Virus record (IMG/VR): IMGVR_UViG_3300021364_000001
Coordinates: 96,001-160,000 of that record
Direction: 5' to 3' (one strand)
Source of the DNA: a virus
DNA length: 64,000 bases
In this document: positions 36,652-46,206 of the stretch, piece by piece
Numbering within the stretch: the first letter of the stretch is position 1
How the letters are laid out: every line of letters begins with the position of its first letter
Program-made: the position numbers and the translations under genes
The notes under the pieces: generated by a model
Databases searched by the model: none
Seen by the model: the letters and a program-made list of their open reading frames with translations, nothing else
What the model was told of the DNA's origin: nothing

Positions 36652-37386
36652 TCAACCCCCTCTTTGACCTCTACCGCGACGGTTGCGGTTGCGACGATTA
36701 CGCTCACGACCGTGAGGTTGGTTGTTATCCGTGGTGGGCTCCCAGTATTGTACTTGGAACTCAACGGTGTACTCTTCTGCGGTGTCGTTGCTATCCCATG
36801 CCAGGTCGATGGCAGAGATGTTAGAAGGCCAGATACCTTCAAACTGGTAGGCACCATTAGCACCGTTCTGTCTGTCGTAGTGGAACACACGAGCAGTTGC
36901 CTGGTAGTCAGCAATCGTATCAGCACGCTGATAGTTCATGCTCAGTTCCTGAATGGCACGAGCCCATGCTTCAAACTTAGTACGAAGTTGCATTGCTTCG
37001 TCGTTCATCACAGTAACAGTCCACGGTTCAAACGTTCTGTCACCAGCGATTTTCAACTGACGACCACGGAACGGAACTTCGATCACACCGATAGTAGAAG
37101 CGGGCAGGTTTGCTGCTTTAACCAGGAAGGTGGACAGGTTGGTCTCTTGGTTACGGTTTCTGCCGCGACGACCACGACGACCTCTACCGCGATCTCTACC
37201 GCCATCGGGACGACCAGAGTCGCCATCATCGATGTCGGGGAACTCGATAGCAACTTGGAACAGATTAGGTCTTGCCAGATCCTGAATCTGATTCCTAAAA
37301 TTCATGATTGACAGTGAGGTTTCAGTTCCCTCCTGCCTTGCTTGGTTGCGGCGGCGGTTGCCACCTCTTCTCATTGGGGATGACAT
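36652..37386 (-). CDS. gp19: Tail tube protein gp19 with three Arg/Gly/Asn-rich insertions
   Basis: LARPNLF, AANLPAS, VPFRGR, AGDRTFEPWTVT, WPSNIS, EEYTVEFQVQYW. Confidence 0.95.
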   Translation of the reverse strand: MSSPMRRGGNRRRNQARQEGTETSLSIMNFRNQIQDLARPNLFQVAIEFPDIDDGDSGRPDGGRDRGRGRRGRRGRNRNQETNLSTFLVKAANLPASTIGVIEVPFRGRQLKIAGDRTFEPWTVTVMNDEAMQLRTKFEAWARAIQELSMNYQRADTIADYQATARVFHYDRQNGANGAYQFEGIWPSNISAIDLAWDSNDTAEEYTVEFQVQYWEPTTDNNQPHGRERNRRNRNRRGRGQRGG

Positions 37387-37432
37387 TGTTATTTTACTCC
37401 TGGGGAATTAAGATTGAAAGGGTGGGGAGAAG

Positions 37433-37450
37433 GGGGTCCCGAAGGACCCC
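37433..37450 (-). terminator. C(UUCG)G hairpin between gp18 and gp19, without a clean U-tract
   Basis: GGGGTCC-TTCG-GGACCCC followed by CTTCTCCCC. Confidence 0.55.
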
Positions 37451-37456
37451 GATAAA

Positions 37457-40258
37457 TCAACCGACGATCTCAGCGAACGAAGCGCCAGTACGGGTTGCAG
37501 TGAAGCGCAGTGTGATGAAGTTGATGGAGCGGGTGGGCTTCACGAAGATCTCCGCGAAGAACTCACCACGATCAACGGCATCATCAGGGTTGTTGCTGCT
37601 ATCACAAACCACCAGATAATCTTCAATACCACGACGAGACTGAACGCCTCTCAGGTATGGGTCAACGATGTCCTTGAAGGACTGACGAGTAAACTCATCG
37701 TTGATTTCAAACAACATGCTCTTGGCAGCATCACTGATTGCTCTCTCGATAACCAGGAACAGACGACGGACGTTGATTCTGTCGAATGCGCTAGGTTGAG
37801 CAAGACCAGTCTTGTCACCGAAGAGTACAATGCCTTCGCCAGGGAATGCGACGATAGGATTGACGCGAGAGGTGTAGAGACGATCTCTCTCTTCTTTCAG
37901 AGGAGAGTATGCCAGTTTCACAGCGTTACGGATCTGACCTCTGCTGAAACCAGCAGGGGAGAACCAGGGTTCTGCTTCGATTGCGGTATCAAGAATGAGA
38001 CCAGCAACGTCAGGGTTCATAGGCAGATAACGATACTTGTCGTTATACTTGTCATAGATGTACTTGTAGTTGTTATCGAAGACAACGTACGAAGAACTAG
38101 ACAGTTTGTCGAAGTATTCGACAGTCTTGTTGACGATCTCGCCGCTGCTAGGAACACCAATGATGGCGTCGCGAGGAGCAGAAACGAATGCCATGCAGTC
38201 CTGACGGGTTTCGGCAAGGTCGATCATCTTCTGTGCCTTGGCGACAGAATCATCATCGTTGCTCATGGCAGGACCCATGATCACATAATCGATTTCCTCA
38301 GTCTCGGGATCAGAGAACAGATCGTAGGAATCGAACAGTTTGTCACGCTCAGCAGAGTAACCGTCAACACCACCGCGAAGTTCATACTTCAAGGTAGCGG
38401 TGCCCTTGGTGTTAACCAGAGCAATAGACAGGAGGTTGCTGCCAGTGGGATCGTCGATAGACTTGATCGCTTCGGTGTTCTTGAACAGGTCAAACTTACG
38501 GTTCAGAACAGCACCACCAATGTCACCAGTCAGGTTGGCGTCAACATCAAACAGTTTGATGTTCTCGTGAGCACCCCAGAACAGGAAAGCGGAGTTTGCC
38601 TTGATGACATCCTTGTAGTACAGGTTGGAACCCTGAGGAGTCTTGGCGTCGCGTGCCTTGGATACGTTCAGGAACTTTTCAAGAACAGCACCAGGTGTGC
38701 CAGTGATACCACCGTCGCCATCAAGGACGAGGATGTGCATCAGGTCGCGGAAACCACCACGCTCAGAAGCGTAAACGGAAGTACCAGGACGCTCACCGAT
38801 GGCAGACCACTTCTGGTTAGGACCATACAGTCTGCTGATGTACTCGTTCTCAACAGCAGTGATAACCACGTTATCACCTTCGTTGATACCAGAATTAACA
38901 GTCGAGGAATCCTTGATGGTCAGGTTAGCAGCGAACTGCTTAGAACCTTCGTTCAGGACAACGGCGAGACGACGTTGTACGGCAGAAACCACGGCGCTAT
39001 CACCAGTAGCAGCACCAGCAACCCCACCATTGTTACCCAGTTCGGTGATGGTGTTACCAACAGACAGGTGATCGGAAGAGGTTGAGTCAACAGTCAGTTC
39101 AACTTGTCTCTTAGCAGCGTCGTATGCAACAACGCGACCAGTTACGTTACCGCTGTTAGCAGTAAAGAAGTTGTCAGCGTTGAACTCACCAACCAGAGTA
39201 GAACCAGCAGCGAGGGTTACGATCAAGGAGTAAGAATACACCTTGGAGTAGATGTTACCATTAGAGAAGTTAACAGCAGCACCAGTGGTCATCTGCCACT
39301 CAGCGGCACCGTCAGCAGGCTCAGCGAGGGAGAGGATCTGGTCAGGACCAGCGTCAGTCATCACCACGCGGATGCTGTTGCCATAAGTACCAGGAGTACG
39401 GGCAGCCCACTTCCAGTTGTTAGAAGCATCTTCTACGTTTGCTTCATACTCATCAACGTTCTTGATCTTAGGAGGAGTAACACCAGTGCTGGTTTCCTCA
39501 TCGATGGCGGTCTTGGCAGTAGTAACAGTTCTCAGGTCAACGGCAACACCGTCAGTGTGAGAAGCAGCAGCAGTACCAAGTTGAGCACGAGTAACAGTCA
39601 GGTCATTGCCATTAACAGCAGTAACCTGCAAGATCTCGTCGTCGATCTCGATGTAAGAGTTGGTGGTAGCACCCAGAGTAGGAACCGAGGTAACCGTGAT
39701 GGTGGTATCGGTATCGTTCAGAGTGGCACCTTGGTTCAAGGTGGTAGCAGAACCAGCAGGTTCAATCAGAGTGATGTTAGCACCAGCAGCGTGAGAAGCA
39801 GCAGATGTGCTGTACTGACCGCGAGTAACTGAAATGTCCTTACCAGAAATTGCAGTGATAACCAGGATTTCAGCATCAATCAGGAGGAGGTCACCAACAT
39901 CAAATCCAGTAGCATCGGCAACGGTCAGGGTCGTGTCGATAGCGGTAAAGTTTGTTTGGGTGAAGGTCGCAGTGTCGATTGCGTTCTTCAAAGAGGAGTT
40001 GTCAGCACGGACAACTTTAACGGTTCCGCCGTACAGCATAAACTGTGCGACAGAGAACCAGTATTCGTAGTTCTGGTCATTGGGCTCACCGAAGATCTCG
40101 ATGAGTTGGCGTTCGGAAGAGATGTCTACGATCTCTTCAACAGGTCCTTGGGCGAAAGTTCCAACAAAAGCACCGACGTTATCAATCGTCGCGTTAATAG
40201 TGTTGGTAAGATCTCTCTCCTGGACCAATACACCTGGTGATACTTGTGTGTTGGCCAT
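37457..40258 (-). CDS. gp18: Tail sheath protein gp18 (enlarged, 933 aa)
   Basis: SPGVLVQERD, WFSPAGFSRG, RVNPIV, FDRINVRRLF, IKPTRSINF-like C-terminus; TAAATA at 40299-40304. Confidence 0.97.
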   Translation of the reverse strand: MANTQVSPGVLVQERDLTNTINATIDNVGAFVGTFAQGPVEEIVDISSERQLIEIFGEPNDQNYEYWFSVAQFMLYGGTVKVVRADNSSLKNAIDTATFTQTNFTAIDTTLTVADATGFDVGDLLLIDAEILVITAISGKDISVTRGQYSTSAASHAAGANITLIEPAGSATTLNQGATLNDTDTTITVTSVPTLGATTNSYIEIDDEILQVTAVNGNDLTVTRAQLGTAAASHTDGVAVDLRTVTTAKTAIDEETSTGVTPPKIKNVDEYEANVEDASNNWKWAARTPGTYGNSIRVVMTDAGPDQILSLAEPADGAAEWQMTTGAAVNFSNGNIYSKVYSYSLIVTLAAGSTLVGEFNADNFFTANSGNVTGRVVAYDAAKRQVELTVDSTSSDHLSVGNTITELGNNGGVAGAATGDSAVVSAVQRRLAVVLNEGSKQFAANLTIKDSSTVNSGINEGDNVVITAVENEYISRLYGPNQKWSAIGERPGTSVYASERGGFRDLMHILVLDGDGGITGTPGAVLEKFLNVSKARDAKTPQGSNLYYKDVIKANSAFLFWGAHENIKLFDVDANLTGDIGGAVLNRKFDLFKNTEAIKSIDDPTGSNLLSIALVNTKGTATLKYELRGGVDGYSAERDKLFDSYDLFSDPETEEIDYVIMGPAMSNDDDSVAKAQKMIDLAETRQDCMAFVSAPRDAIIGVPSSGEIVNKTVEYFDKLSSSSYVVFDNNYKYIYDKYNDKYRYLPMNPDVAGLILDTAIEAEPWFSPAGFSRGQIRNAVKLAYSPLKEERDRLYTSRVNPIVAFPGEGIVLFGDKTGLAQPSAFDRINVRRLFLVIERAISDAAKSMLFEINDEFTRQSFKDIVDPYLRGVQSRRGIEDYLVVCDSSNNPDDAVDRGEFFAEIFVKPTRSINFITLRFTATRTGASFAEIVG

Positions 40259-40344
40259 TGCGGTTTTGTCTCCTGATGAATTCAGTGGATGCTACTATTA
40301 TTTAGAAAAATACACCTTTTCATTGGGGAAACAGGCCGTGAACA

Positions 40345-40575
40345 TTACCAGTCTGGGTACTCCCACTTGTTGTAAACTTTGTTCGCCATCCTATTTGCCG
40401 TGACTCTTATGATGGTACAACTTCTACATTCATATGAAAATGCACCAGGGTTAGATCCTCTGTCTTTTCTTGTTCGATAGAATCCATCAATGAGATCTTT
40501 TGTTTTGCCACACGTCTTACATGTGCGTTGTGCAAGTAAGATATGTTCTAGTTCAAATTCGTTTTCTAATTCCAC
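40345..40575 (-). CDS. Small zinc-finger-like protein
   Basis: CKTC...CRSC. Confidence 0.75.
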   Translation of the reverse strand: MELENEFELEHILLAQRTCKTCGKTKDLIDGFYRTRKDRGSNPGAFSYECRSCTIIRVTANRMANKVYNKWEYPDW

Positions 40576-42236
40576 TACCTATAATCCCACATATAGGACA
40601 TGTCGCCATACTCTCCTACGGTAGAAGCATTACTCCACACTTGCCCCTCTGGATCTACAAATGACTCTTCGTCTAGACCATCAGAGATAAAACCAAACGG
40701 TGCCATGTCTGCTTCAATCTGTTCCTTCTGTTCCAGATACATCCTATGTCTGACATCAGCATCATTTAGTTCTCGGAAATAGTCAGACGTTGCCAACCAA
40801 GAGAACATAACCAAGCACATAGCAAGGTCATCATTACATCCGTCCTCTGCTTCCCATGCCTGACCCTTCTGAATGAACGTAGTTAGTTCTGCAATTACGT
40901 CGTAGTCATTGATAATGAGTTTGTCATCCTCAATCAACTGCTTCATGTTTGCACACCCAGTCTTCTTAACTGTGGTGGACATCTTGACGCCCATCTGTGT
41001 CTTGTTACCAGAGAAACCCTGTCCTACAACCTGCCCTGCTCTACCACGCATGGCACACATCAGAAGGTTATCGTATTCAAGATCAAACTGTAAGATGTCT
41101 GCTACCTGTCCACCGATGTCATTGACTTCACAGAGCACATATGCATGGTTGTATGCTGTGGCAACTTGGTGTATGATATTGGGGAACAACAGAGGTTTGA
41201 TCTGGTTGTTCCTATACTTGGCAACCATCTTATATGGGATAGTCGAGGTATCAATAACCGTGAACGCTGAATAATCTTTTGTTACGCCTCTTGCAACGTC
41301 AACAGTGATCACGTATTGAGCACCTTCTTTGGGTTCTTCAAATACATCTAGACCCTTGTTCCTAGTAAGTGGTTCCTCATAGACCATCGTCCTAAGTTTA
41401 GAAGCAGAGATAAGGGTATCAACTGATCCTAAGAACTCGCATTCAAACTCGACCCTGAACTGCTCTTCTGACGTGTTCTTAATAGTCTGTTCTTTCCAGA
41501 CTTCATCACGACCAGGAACTTCTGACCAGTGAACCTCTGTTGTTGTATACTCGTTCTTCCCACGCTCTGCGTCATGCCACAGTTTGTAGAACATGTTCAT
41601 CCCGTGTGGCGTAGAGATGATGATTACTTTGGTTGATTTACCAGAAGAAATAGTAGGATAAACAGAACTGAAAAACTGGTCAGCGATATGATTCGGAATG
41701 AACGCGAATTCGTCCAGAAAAATGACGTTAAAAGACATGCCCCTGACAGCAGAAGCGGAAGTAGATGCAGCCATGATCTTACTTCCATTCTCCAATTCCA
41801 GAGATCCTCTGTTCCACTGATTGATGCCTTGTTGCATCCACTTGGGGAGGTTTTCATAACTAAGTTGAAGTCTTTGTAGCATCTCGCGAGCAGTTGCTGC
41901 TTTGTTCGCGAGGATTGCTACGTTTACGTTGTCGTTAAAAATAACATACCACAACAGGTACGAGGTAACGATGGTGGACTTACCCGACTGTCGTGGTAGT
42001 TTTGCGATGTTGAATCTATGTTCGTGAAACTTCCTAGTCATATCGACTTGGAAGTCATACATGTCAAAGGGGATCAGACCTTTGTCAAGTGAGATAATCC
42101 TAATATACTTTTTAATGAAATATACTGGGTCTTTTGAACACTTGACGAATTCTTCAACCTGCTCAGGGGTGAACGACATTCCGACGTTCGCCTTTTTGAG
42201 ATTAGGATTACCAAGATAGATCTGATCTGAACTCAT
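40575..42236 (-). CDS. gp17: Terminase large subunit, gp17
   Basis: PRQSGKST, FLDEFAF, ISTPHG, QEF-like EFECEF, NDDL. Confidence 0.98.
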   Translation of the reverse strand: MSSDQIYLGNPNLKKANVGMSFTPEQVEEFVKCSKDPVYFIKKYIRIISLDKGLIPFDMYDFQVDMTRKFHEHRFNIAKLPRQSGKSTIVTSYLLWYVIFNDNVNVAILANKAATAREMLQRLQLSYENLPKWMQQGINQWNRGSLELENGSKIMAASTSASAVRGMSFNVIFLDEFAFIPNHIADQFFSSVYPTISSGKSTKVIIISTPHGMNMFYKLWHDAERGKNEYTTTEVHWSEVPGRDEVWKEQTIKNTSEEQFRVEFECEFLGSVDTLISASKLRTMVYEEPLTRNKGLDVFEEPKEGAQYVITVDVARGVTKDYSAFTVIDTSTIPYKMVAKYRNNQIKPLLFPNIIHQVATAYNHAYVLCEVNDIGGQVADILQFDLEYDNLLMCAMRGRAGQVVGQGFSGNKTQMGVKMSTTVKKTGCANMKQLIEDDKLIINDYDVIAELTTFIQKGQAWEAEDGCNDDLAMCLVMFSWLATSDYFRELNDADVRHRMYLEQKEQIEADMAPFGFISDGLDEESFVDPEGQVWSNASTVGEYGDMSYMWDYR

Positions 42237-42559
42237 TATTCTACGTGTACCGTACCAATCATGCCAGCACCCTTATGGGGACCACACCAGTATGTATAAT
42301 CACCTGCCTCAGCAAAAGTGACATCAAACTCTTCACCAGGTAGCATTGCCAGACCCTCGTGAGAGATCTCAGGATGGTCCTCAACCACCACGTTATGAGG
42401 TGGGAGCATATTATTAACGAAATGAACTGATTCCCCAGCGGAGATAGTAACCTCAGCAGGATCGAATACTAGGTTCCCACCAGAACCCATCTGAACGTCT
42501 ACTGCCCATGCAGGAGCAGCAAGGAAAAGTGTAGCAAGAAACGCGAATAGAAATTTCAT
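42236..42559 (-). CDS. petE: Plastocyanin
   Basis: PHNV and YWCGPHKGAGM copper ligands; signal peptide. Confidence 0.96.
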   Translation of the reverse strand: MKFLFAFLATLFLAAPAWAVDVQMGSGGNLVFDPAEVTISAGESVHFVNNMLPPHNVVVEDHPEISHEGLAMLPGEEFDVTFAEAGDYTYWCGPHKGAGMIGTVHVE

Positions 42560-42560
42560 T

Positions 42561-42644
42561 TTAACCTCTGTATCTAACAGGCCAAGTCGCTTCCATACCA
42601 GCGACTAGTAACATGACAAAGGTGAACACGAAGAGTGCGGTCAT
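42561..42644 (-). CDS. 27-aa hydrophobic peptide (MTALFVFTFVMLLVAGMEATWPVRYRG)
   Basis: Hand-translated; its start overlaps the nuclease stop, and its stop is 2 nt before petE. Confidence 0.6.
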   Translation of the reverse strand: MTALFVFTFVMLLVAGMEATWPVRYRG

Positions 42645-43102
42645 TCGACCAAGGTGCCATGAGCACGACGAATCTCTCTAAGTTCTTCAAAATCTTTTTG
42701 TTTGGTTCCACCATCGTATGCCCAAGCGTAACCCTCCTCAATCATTTGTTCGTTGAGGGACACATCTCCGTCGCCAATGTAAAGCCAACCCAGAAGACGC
42801 CCATATTTCCCAACGCCACCAACAAGTTCAGTCCTGATAACAAGATCATCATCACCAGCCACCGCGCCTTCCAGTTTTTCTTTGAGCCAGTTGGTTGCAT
42901 CTTTACCTAACTCCTTTTCTTCAAGGTCTCTGGTACGCTTTTCAGGTGTGTCCACCCCAGCAACACGGACTCTCTCTTTCTTATAAAGATCGAACCCCAA
43001 GTCGATGGTCACATCGATTGTGTCTCCGTCGAGAACTCTATTGATCTCGATCACTCGGAAGTTGTAACAACTCTTCCTGTTCGGTGGCACCATTGCTCCC
43101 AT
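42641..43102 (-). CDS. SNase/thermonuclease-like nuclease
   Basis: VLDGDTI, RVAGVDTPE, GKYGRLLG, MIEEGYAWAY. Confidence 0.9.
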   Translation of the reverse strand: MGAMVPPNRKSCYNFRVIEINRVLDGDTIDVTIDLGFDLYKKERVRVAGVDTPEKRTRDLEEKELGKDATNWLKEKLEGAVAGDDDLVIRTELVGGVGKYGRLLGWLYIGDGDVSLNEQMIEEGYAWAYDGGTKQKDFEELREIRRAHGTLVE

Positions 43103-43238
43103 CTTCTAACTCCTTATATGCTAGTTGTAATATGGTATATATGTAATAAGCAACGCCCGCCAGAAGGATTAAGAGACACCAGATAATAGACCAGGTGACA
43201 TCATTAATATCTTCTAACGGGCGTAGTATTAAATTCAA
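43038..43238 (-). CDS. Small membrane protein
   Basis: TM segment WSIIWCLLILLAGVAYYIY. Confidence 0.65.
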   Translation of the reverse strand: MNLILRPLEDINDVTWSIIWCLLILLAGVAYYIYTILQLAYKELEDGSNGATEQEELLQLPSDRDQ

Positions 43239-43483
43239 GGATTACGTGGATCAATACCTAAACTATGTAGGTACTCAGTCCACCATTCTGGATCCTTTCG
43301 TTTCCATTTCGGGACATCTTTTCCACGTTCGGAGTACCACTCGTAGAGGGACTTATCGATAGTCTGTGCGATCTCCAAATTCCTCTTCTTCTTCATCAAC
43401 ATCTGCATATGGGTTCTCCAAATAGGGTCCTCGTTTTCGTAGAGGTTCTTTTCGGACATAATCCTTCTCAGTATTGACTGCAC
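43235..43483 (-). CDS. Hypothetical Trp-rich protein (true start probably downstream of 43483)
   Basis: ORF track; ATGA coupling at its 3' end; the 5' part overlaps the neighbouring gene. Confidence 0.55.
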   Translation of the reverse strand: MQSILRRIMSEKNLYENEDPIWRTHMQMLMKKKRNLEIAQTIDKSLYEWYSERGKDVPKWKRKDPEWWTEYLHSLGIDPRNP

Positions 43484-43565
43484 TAAGTAGAACAGCTAAC
43501 TTCATTACTATGTAGATAATTGCCAATGGCGCAAAACATAACAACAGAGTTAGTTGATACTTCAT
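43353..43565 (-). CDS. Small membrane protein with an acidic tail
   Basis: N-terminal TM; its start overlaps the gnd stop. Confidence 0.7.
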   Translation of the reverse strand: MKYQLTLLLCFAPLAIIYIVMKLAVLLSAVNTEKDYVRKEPLRKRGPYLENPYADVDEEEEEFGDRTDYR

Positions 43566-44605
43566 CTTACGTCGTGTCCTCCAAACATTGCTCTCATTCC
43601 ATTCAGAACCTTGGCAGCGAAAGCACCAAGACGGCGCGACTCAAAACGAGACCACAACGCACTGCTGATGACAGGAGCGGGTACGCCAAGATCCACAGCA
43701 GCGTGAACCGTCCAACGACCCTCACCACTGTCTGATACTCCACCATCGAATTTGCTAAGTTCTCGATCACGGCTAAGTACATCAGCGGTAAGATCGAGTA
43801 ACCAAGAACCAACCACAGAACCACGACGCCAACACTCAGCAACCTTAGCAACGTCAATGTCGTAGCAATAATCGGCAGGGTTGTCCATTGGGGCGACCTC
43901 TGCGTCTCCTTCCTTGACATACTTAGATCCTGCATTTGCTTCGTGTAGGATGTTGAATCCTTCGGCATACGCCTGCATGATACCATACTCGATACCATTG
44001 TGGACCATCTTTACAAAATGCCCAGCACCTGCTTTGCCAGCGTAAATCCATCCATACTCCTCAGGGTAGAGGGTGTAACCATCTCGCTCACGGGTGCGTG
44101 GGGCAGCAGCAATGCCTGGTGAGAGGGCGTCGAAGATAGGACGGCAGACGGATACTGCATGATCTGCACCACCAACCATAAGACAGTATCCACGCTCCAA
44201 ACCATAAACACCGCCACTAGTGCCACAGTCAAGATACGAGATGCCAAGTTTAGACAACCTTTCTGCCCTCCTGCGAGAGTCCTTAAAATTGCTATTGCCA
44301 TGATCAATAATAATATCTCCCTCCACACAAAATTGTAGTAACTCATTGAGTGTGTCCTCTACTGTTTCTGCTGGTACAACCATCATGAAAACACCTGGCA
44401 CTTCGCCAGTCATGGGTGATCCTGCGTGTACTACTTGAACAAGGCTTTCCACAGAAGTGGTATATCCACTGATATAACCCTTCTCATATTGTTCCTCAGC
44501 CTTTTTAACATTGTTTCTAAATCCATGAACTTCGTGTCCTGCTGCGATAAGACGGCGGGACATACCCTCACCCATCCTACCTAGTCCGATCATTCCTACT
44601 TTCAT
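43562..44605 (-). CDS. gnd: 6-phosphogluconate dehydrogenase (short form)
   Basis: IGLGRMG, DHGNS, DCGTSGG, GHFVKMVHNGIEYG, DSGEGRW. Confidence 0.97.
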   Translation of the reverse strand: MKVGMIGLGRMGEGMSRRLIAAGHEVHGFRNNVKKAEEQYEKGYISGYTTSVESLVQVVHAGSPMTGEVPGVFMMVVPAETVEDTLNELLQFCVEGDIIIDHGNSNFKDSRRRAERLSKLGISYLDCGTSGGVYGLERGYCLMVGGADHAVSVCRPIFDALSPGIAAAPRTRERDGYTLYPEEYGWIYAGKAGAGHFVKMVHNGIEYGIMQAYAEGFNILHEANAGSKYVKEGDAEVAPMDNPADYCYDIDVAKVAECWRRGSVVGSWLLDLTADVLSRDRELSKFDGGVSDSGEGRWTVHAAVDLGVPAPVISSALWSRFESRRLGAFAAKVLNGMRAMFGGHDVR

Positions 44606-44760
44606 TTGTGTTTCTTAGTAAAAGGTTCCCAGTGTTCCCACCCATAATGGTGGACTGCCCACATCCCTACGATAGGGACGAAGACTAAACAGAATCCCAT
44701 GACACCTAAGCACCATGGGGTATTCATAACTGCTCTAACGAACAGTTGTATGTGACTCAT
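44602..44760 (-). CDS. 52-aa membrane peptide (MSHIQLFVRAVMNTPWCLG...)
   Basis: Hand-translated; 4-nt overlaps with both zwf and gnd. Confidence 0.7.
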   Translation of the reverse strand: MSHIQLFVRAVMNTPWCLGVMGFCLVFVPIVGMWAVHHYGWEHWEPFTKKHK

Positions 44761-46097
44761 GATGGATAATCCCAGTGTGTAATGTACTCAGTCTTGTGCA
44801 AAGGACCCCAGAGACCACCATGATAGATGTAGGGTGCAGTACGCACTTTACAAGTATCGCCAGTACAGAGAAGATCGTCAACAATACGCCAGGATTCCAA
44901 CACTTCCTCAGAATGAACGAAGTGTGACTGGTCTCCATGGATGGCATCATAAAGTAACTTCTCATAACCATCGACAGCATTGTCACCATAACTATGTGTT
45001 AGAGTTGCTGCTTCCACGTCATCCTTGTAACCAGGTTTCTTCATCTCGATACGAATATCCAGATGAGGATTTGGTTGCAGTCTCATAGTAATACGATCAT
45101 TAGTTAAATGATTGAAGAGTGACAGAGCAGGTGCTTTCAGTTTGATGACGACCTCTACACATTGGTAGGGCATCTTCTTTCCTGTGAGAAAATAGAACGG
45201 AACACCTTGCCACCGCCAGTTGTCGATGTAGATGTCCCCAGCGGCGAACGTAGGGGTCTGTGTGTTCTTTGGTACACCCTCTTCCTCACTGTATCCATGA
45301 TACTGACCTGCCACATATTTTTCTCCAAGTCTTGCAGCAGACAAGACCTTGACCTTCTCTCTACGGATCTCCTTTGCAGTATTCTTGCAAGGTGGTTCCA
45401 TACTGATCAATGCTAGGACTTGGAGTACATGGTTCTGTAACATGTCTCGGATAGCACCAGCACCGTCATAGTATTGAGCACGACCTTCACAACCGATAGT
45501 CTCGGTAGCATAGATCTGTACTTCCTCTATGTACTCCCTGTTCCAAAGTGGTTCCAGTAGTACATTGCTAAAACGGGTGGCAAGGATATTATTAACAGTA
45601 TCTTTACCGAGATAATGATCAATGCGATATACTTGTTTCTCGCGTAGACATCGAGAAACCACAGATGATAAATGATCAGCAGATTTAAGATCGTACCCAA
45701 AGGGTTTCTCAATAACCACACGGGATTTTTCTGGGTCGTCGATGAGTCCTGATGCTTTGAGATTGGTGATTGCATCTTCATACCTCTCTGGTGGAACAGA
45801 TAAAAAGTACGTTGTGTTCCCTTCTAGTGGGAGAGCACGCAGACTGTCTACATCACTTAGGTTACATGGGATGTAGTCCAGATGTTCCTTGAATGCTTCA
45901 CAATAACGAGCATTGTCTAGATGATCTATCCAAGACTCCTTCGTGTGTTCTGTACGTGAAGCACCAATGATTCTAAAATTCTCAGGCAGTTCTTTCTTGT
46001 GCCACAGTTTGTAAAGTGCTGGGATCAGTTTGCGTCTACAAAGATCCCCAGTGGCACCAAAGATTACTATGGTATCAGTGAGCAGTTCCGTTTCCAT
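44757..46097 (-). CDS. zwf: Glucose-6-phosphate dehydrogenase
   Basis: IFGATGDL, IEKPFG, YRIDHYLGK, DMLQNH, WQGVPF. Start at METELL (46097). Confidence 0.97.
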   Translation of the reverse strand: METELLTDTIVIFGATGDLCRRKLIPALYKLWHKKELPENFRIIGASRTEHTKESWIDHLDNARYCEAFKEHLDYIPCNLSDVDSLRALPLEGNTTYFLSVPPERYEDAITNLKASGLIDDPEKSRVVIEKPFGYDLKSADHLSSVVSRCLREKQVYRIDHYLGKDTVNNILATRFSNVLLEPLWNREYIEEVQIYATETIGCEGRAQYYDGAGAIRDMLQNHVLQVLALISMEPPCKNTAKEIRREKVKVLSAARLGEKYVAGQYHGYSEEEGVPKNTQTPTFAAGDIYIDNWRWQGVPFYFLTGKKMPYQCVEVVIKLKAPALSLFNHLTNDRITMRLQPNPHLDIRIEMKKPGYKDDVEAATLTHSYGDNAVDGYEKLLYDAIHGDQSHFVHSEEVLESWRIVDDLLCTGDTCKVRTAPYIYHGGLWGPLHKTEYITHWDYPS

Positions 46098-46206
46098 TAT
46101 AGTCGTCCGATTCGTAGTAGTTATTCTCACCCTTTCGTATCCCGAAATATATCGTGGATAGTACAAAGGGTATTGCTGTCCAAAGTAAGACATCGGCAAA
46201 GGTCAT
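46075..46206 (-). CDS. 43-aa membrane peptide (MTFADVLLWTAIPFVLSTIYFG...)
   Basis: Hand-translated; its start overlaps the ptoX stop. Confidence 0.65.
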   Translation of the reverse strand: MTFADVLLWTAIPFVLSTIYFGIRKGENNYYESDDYNGNGTAH

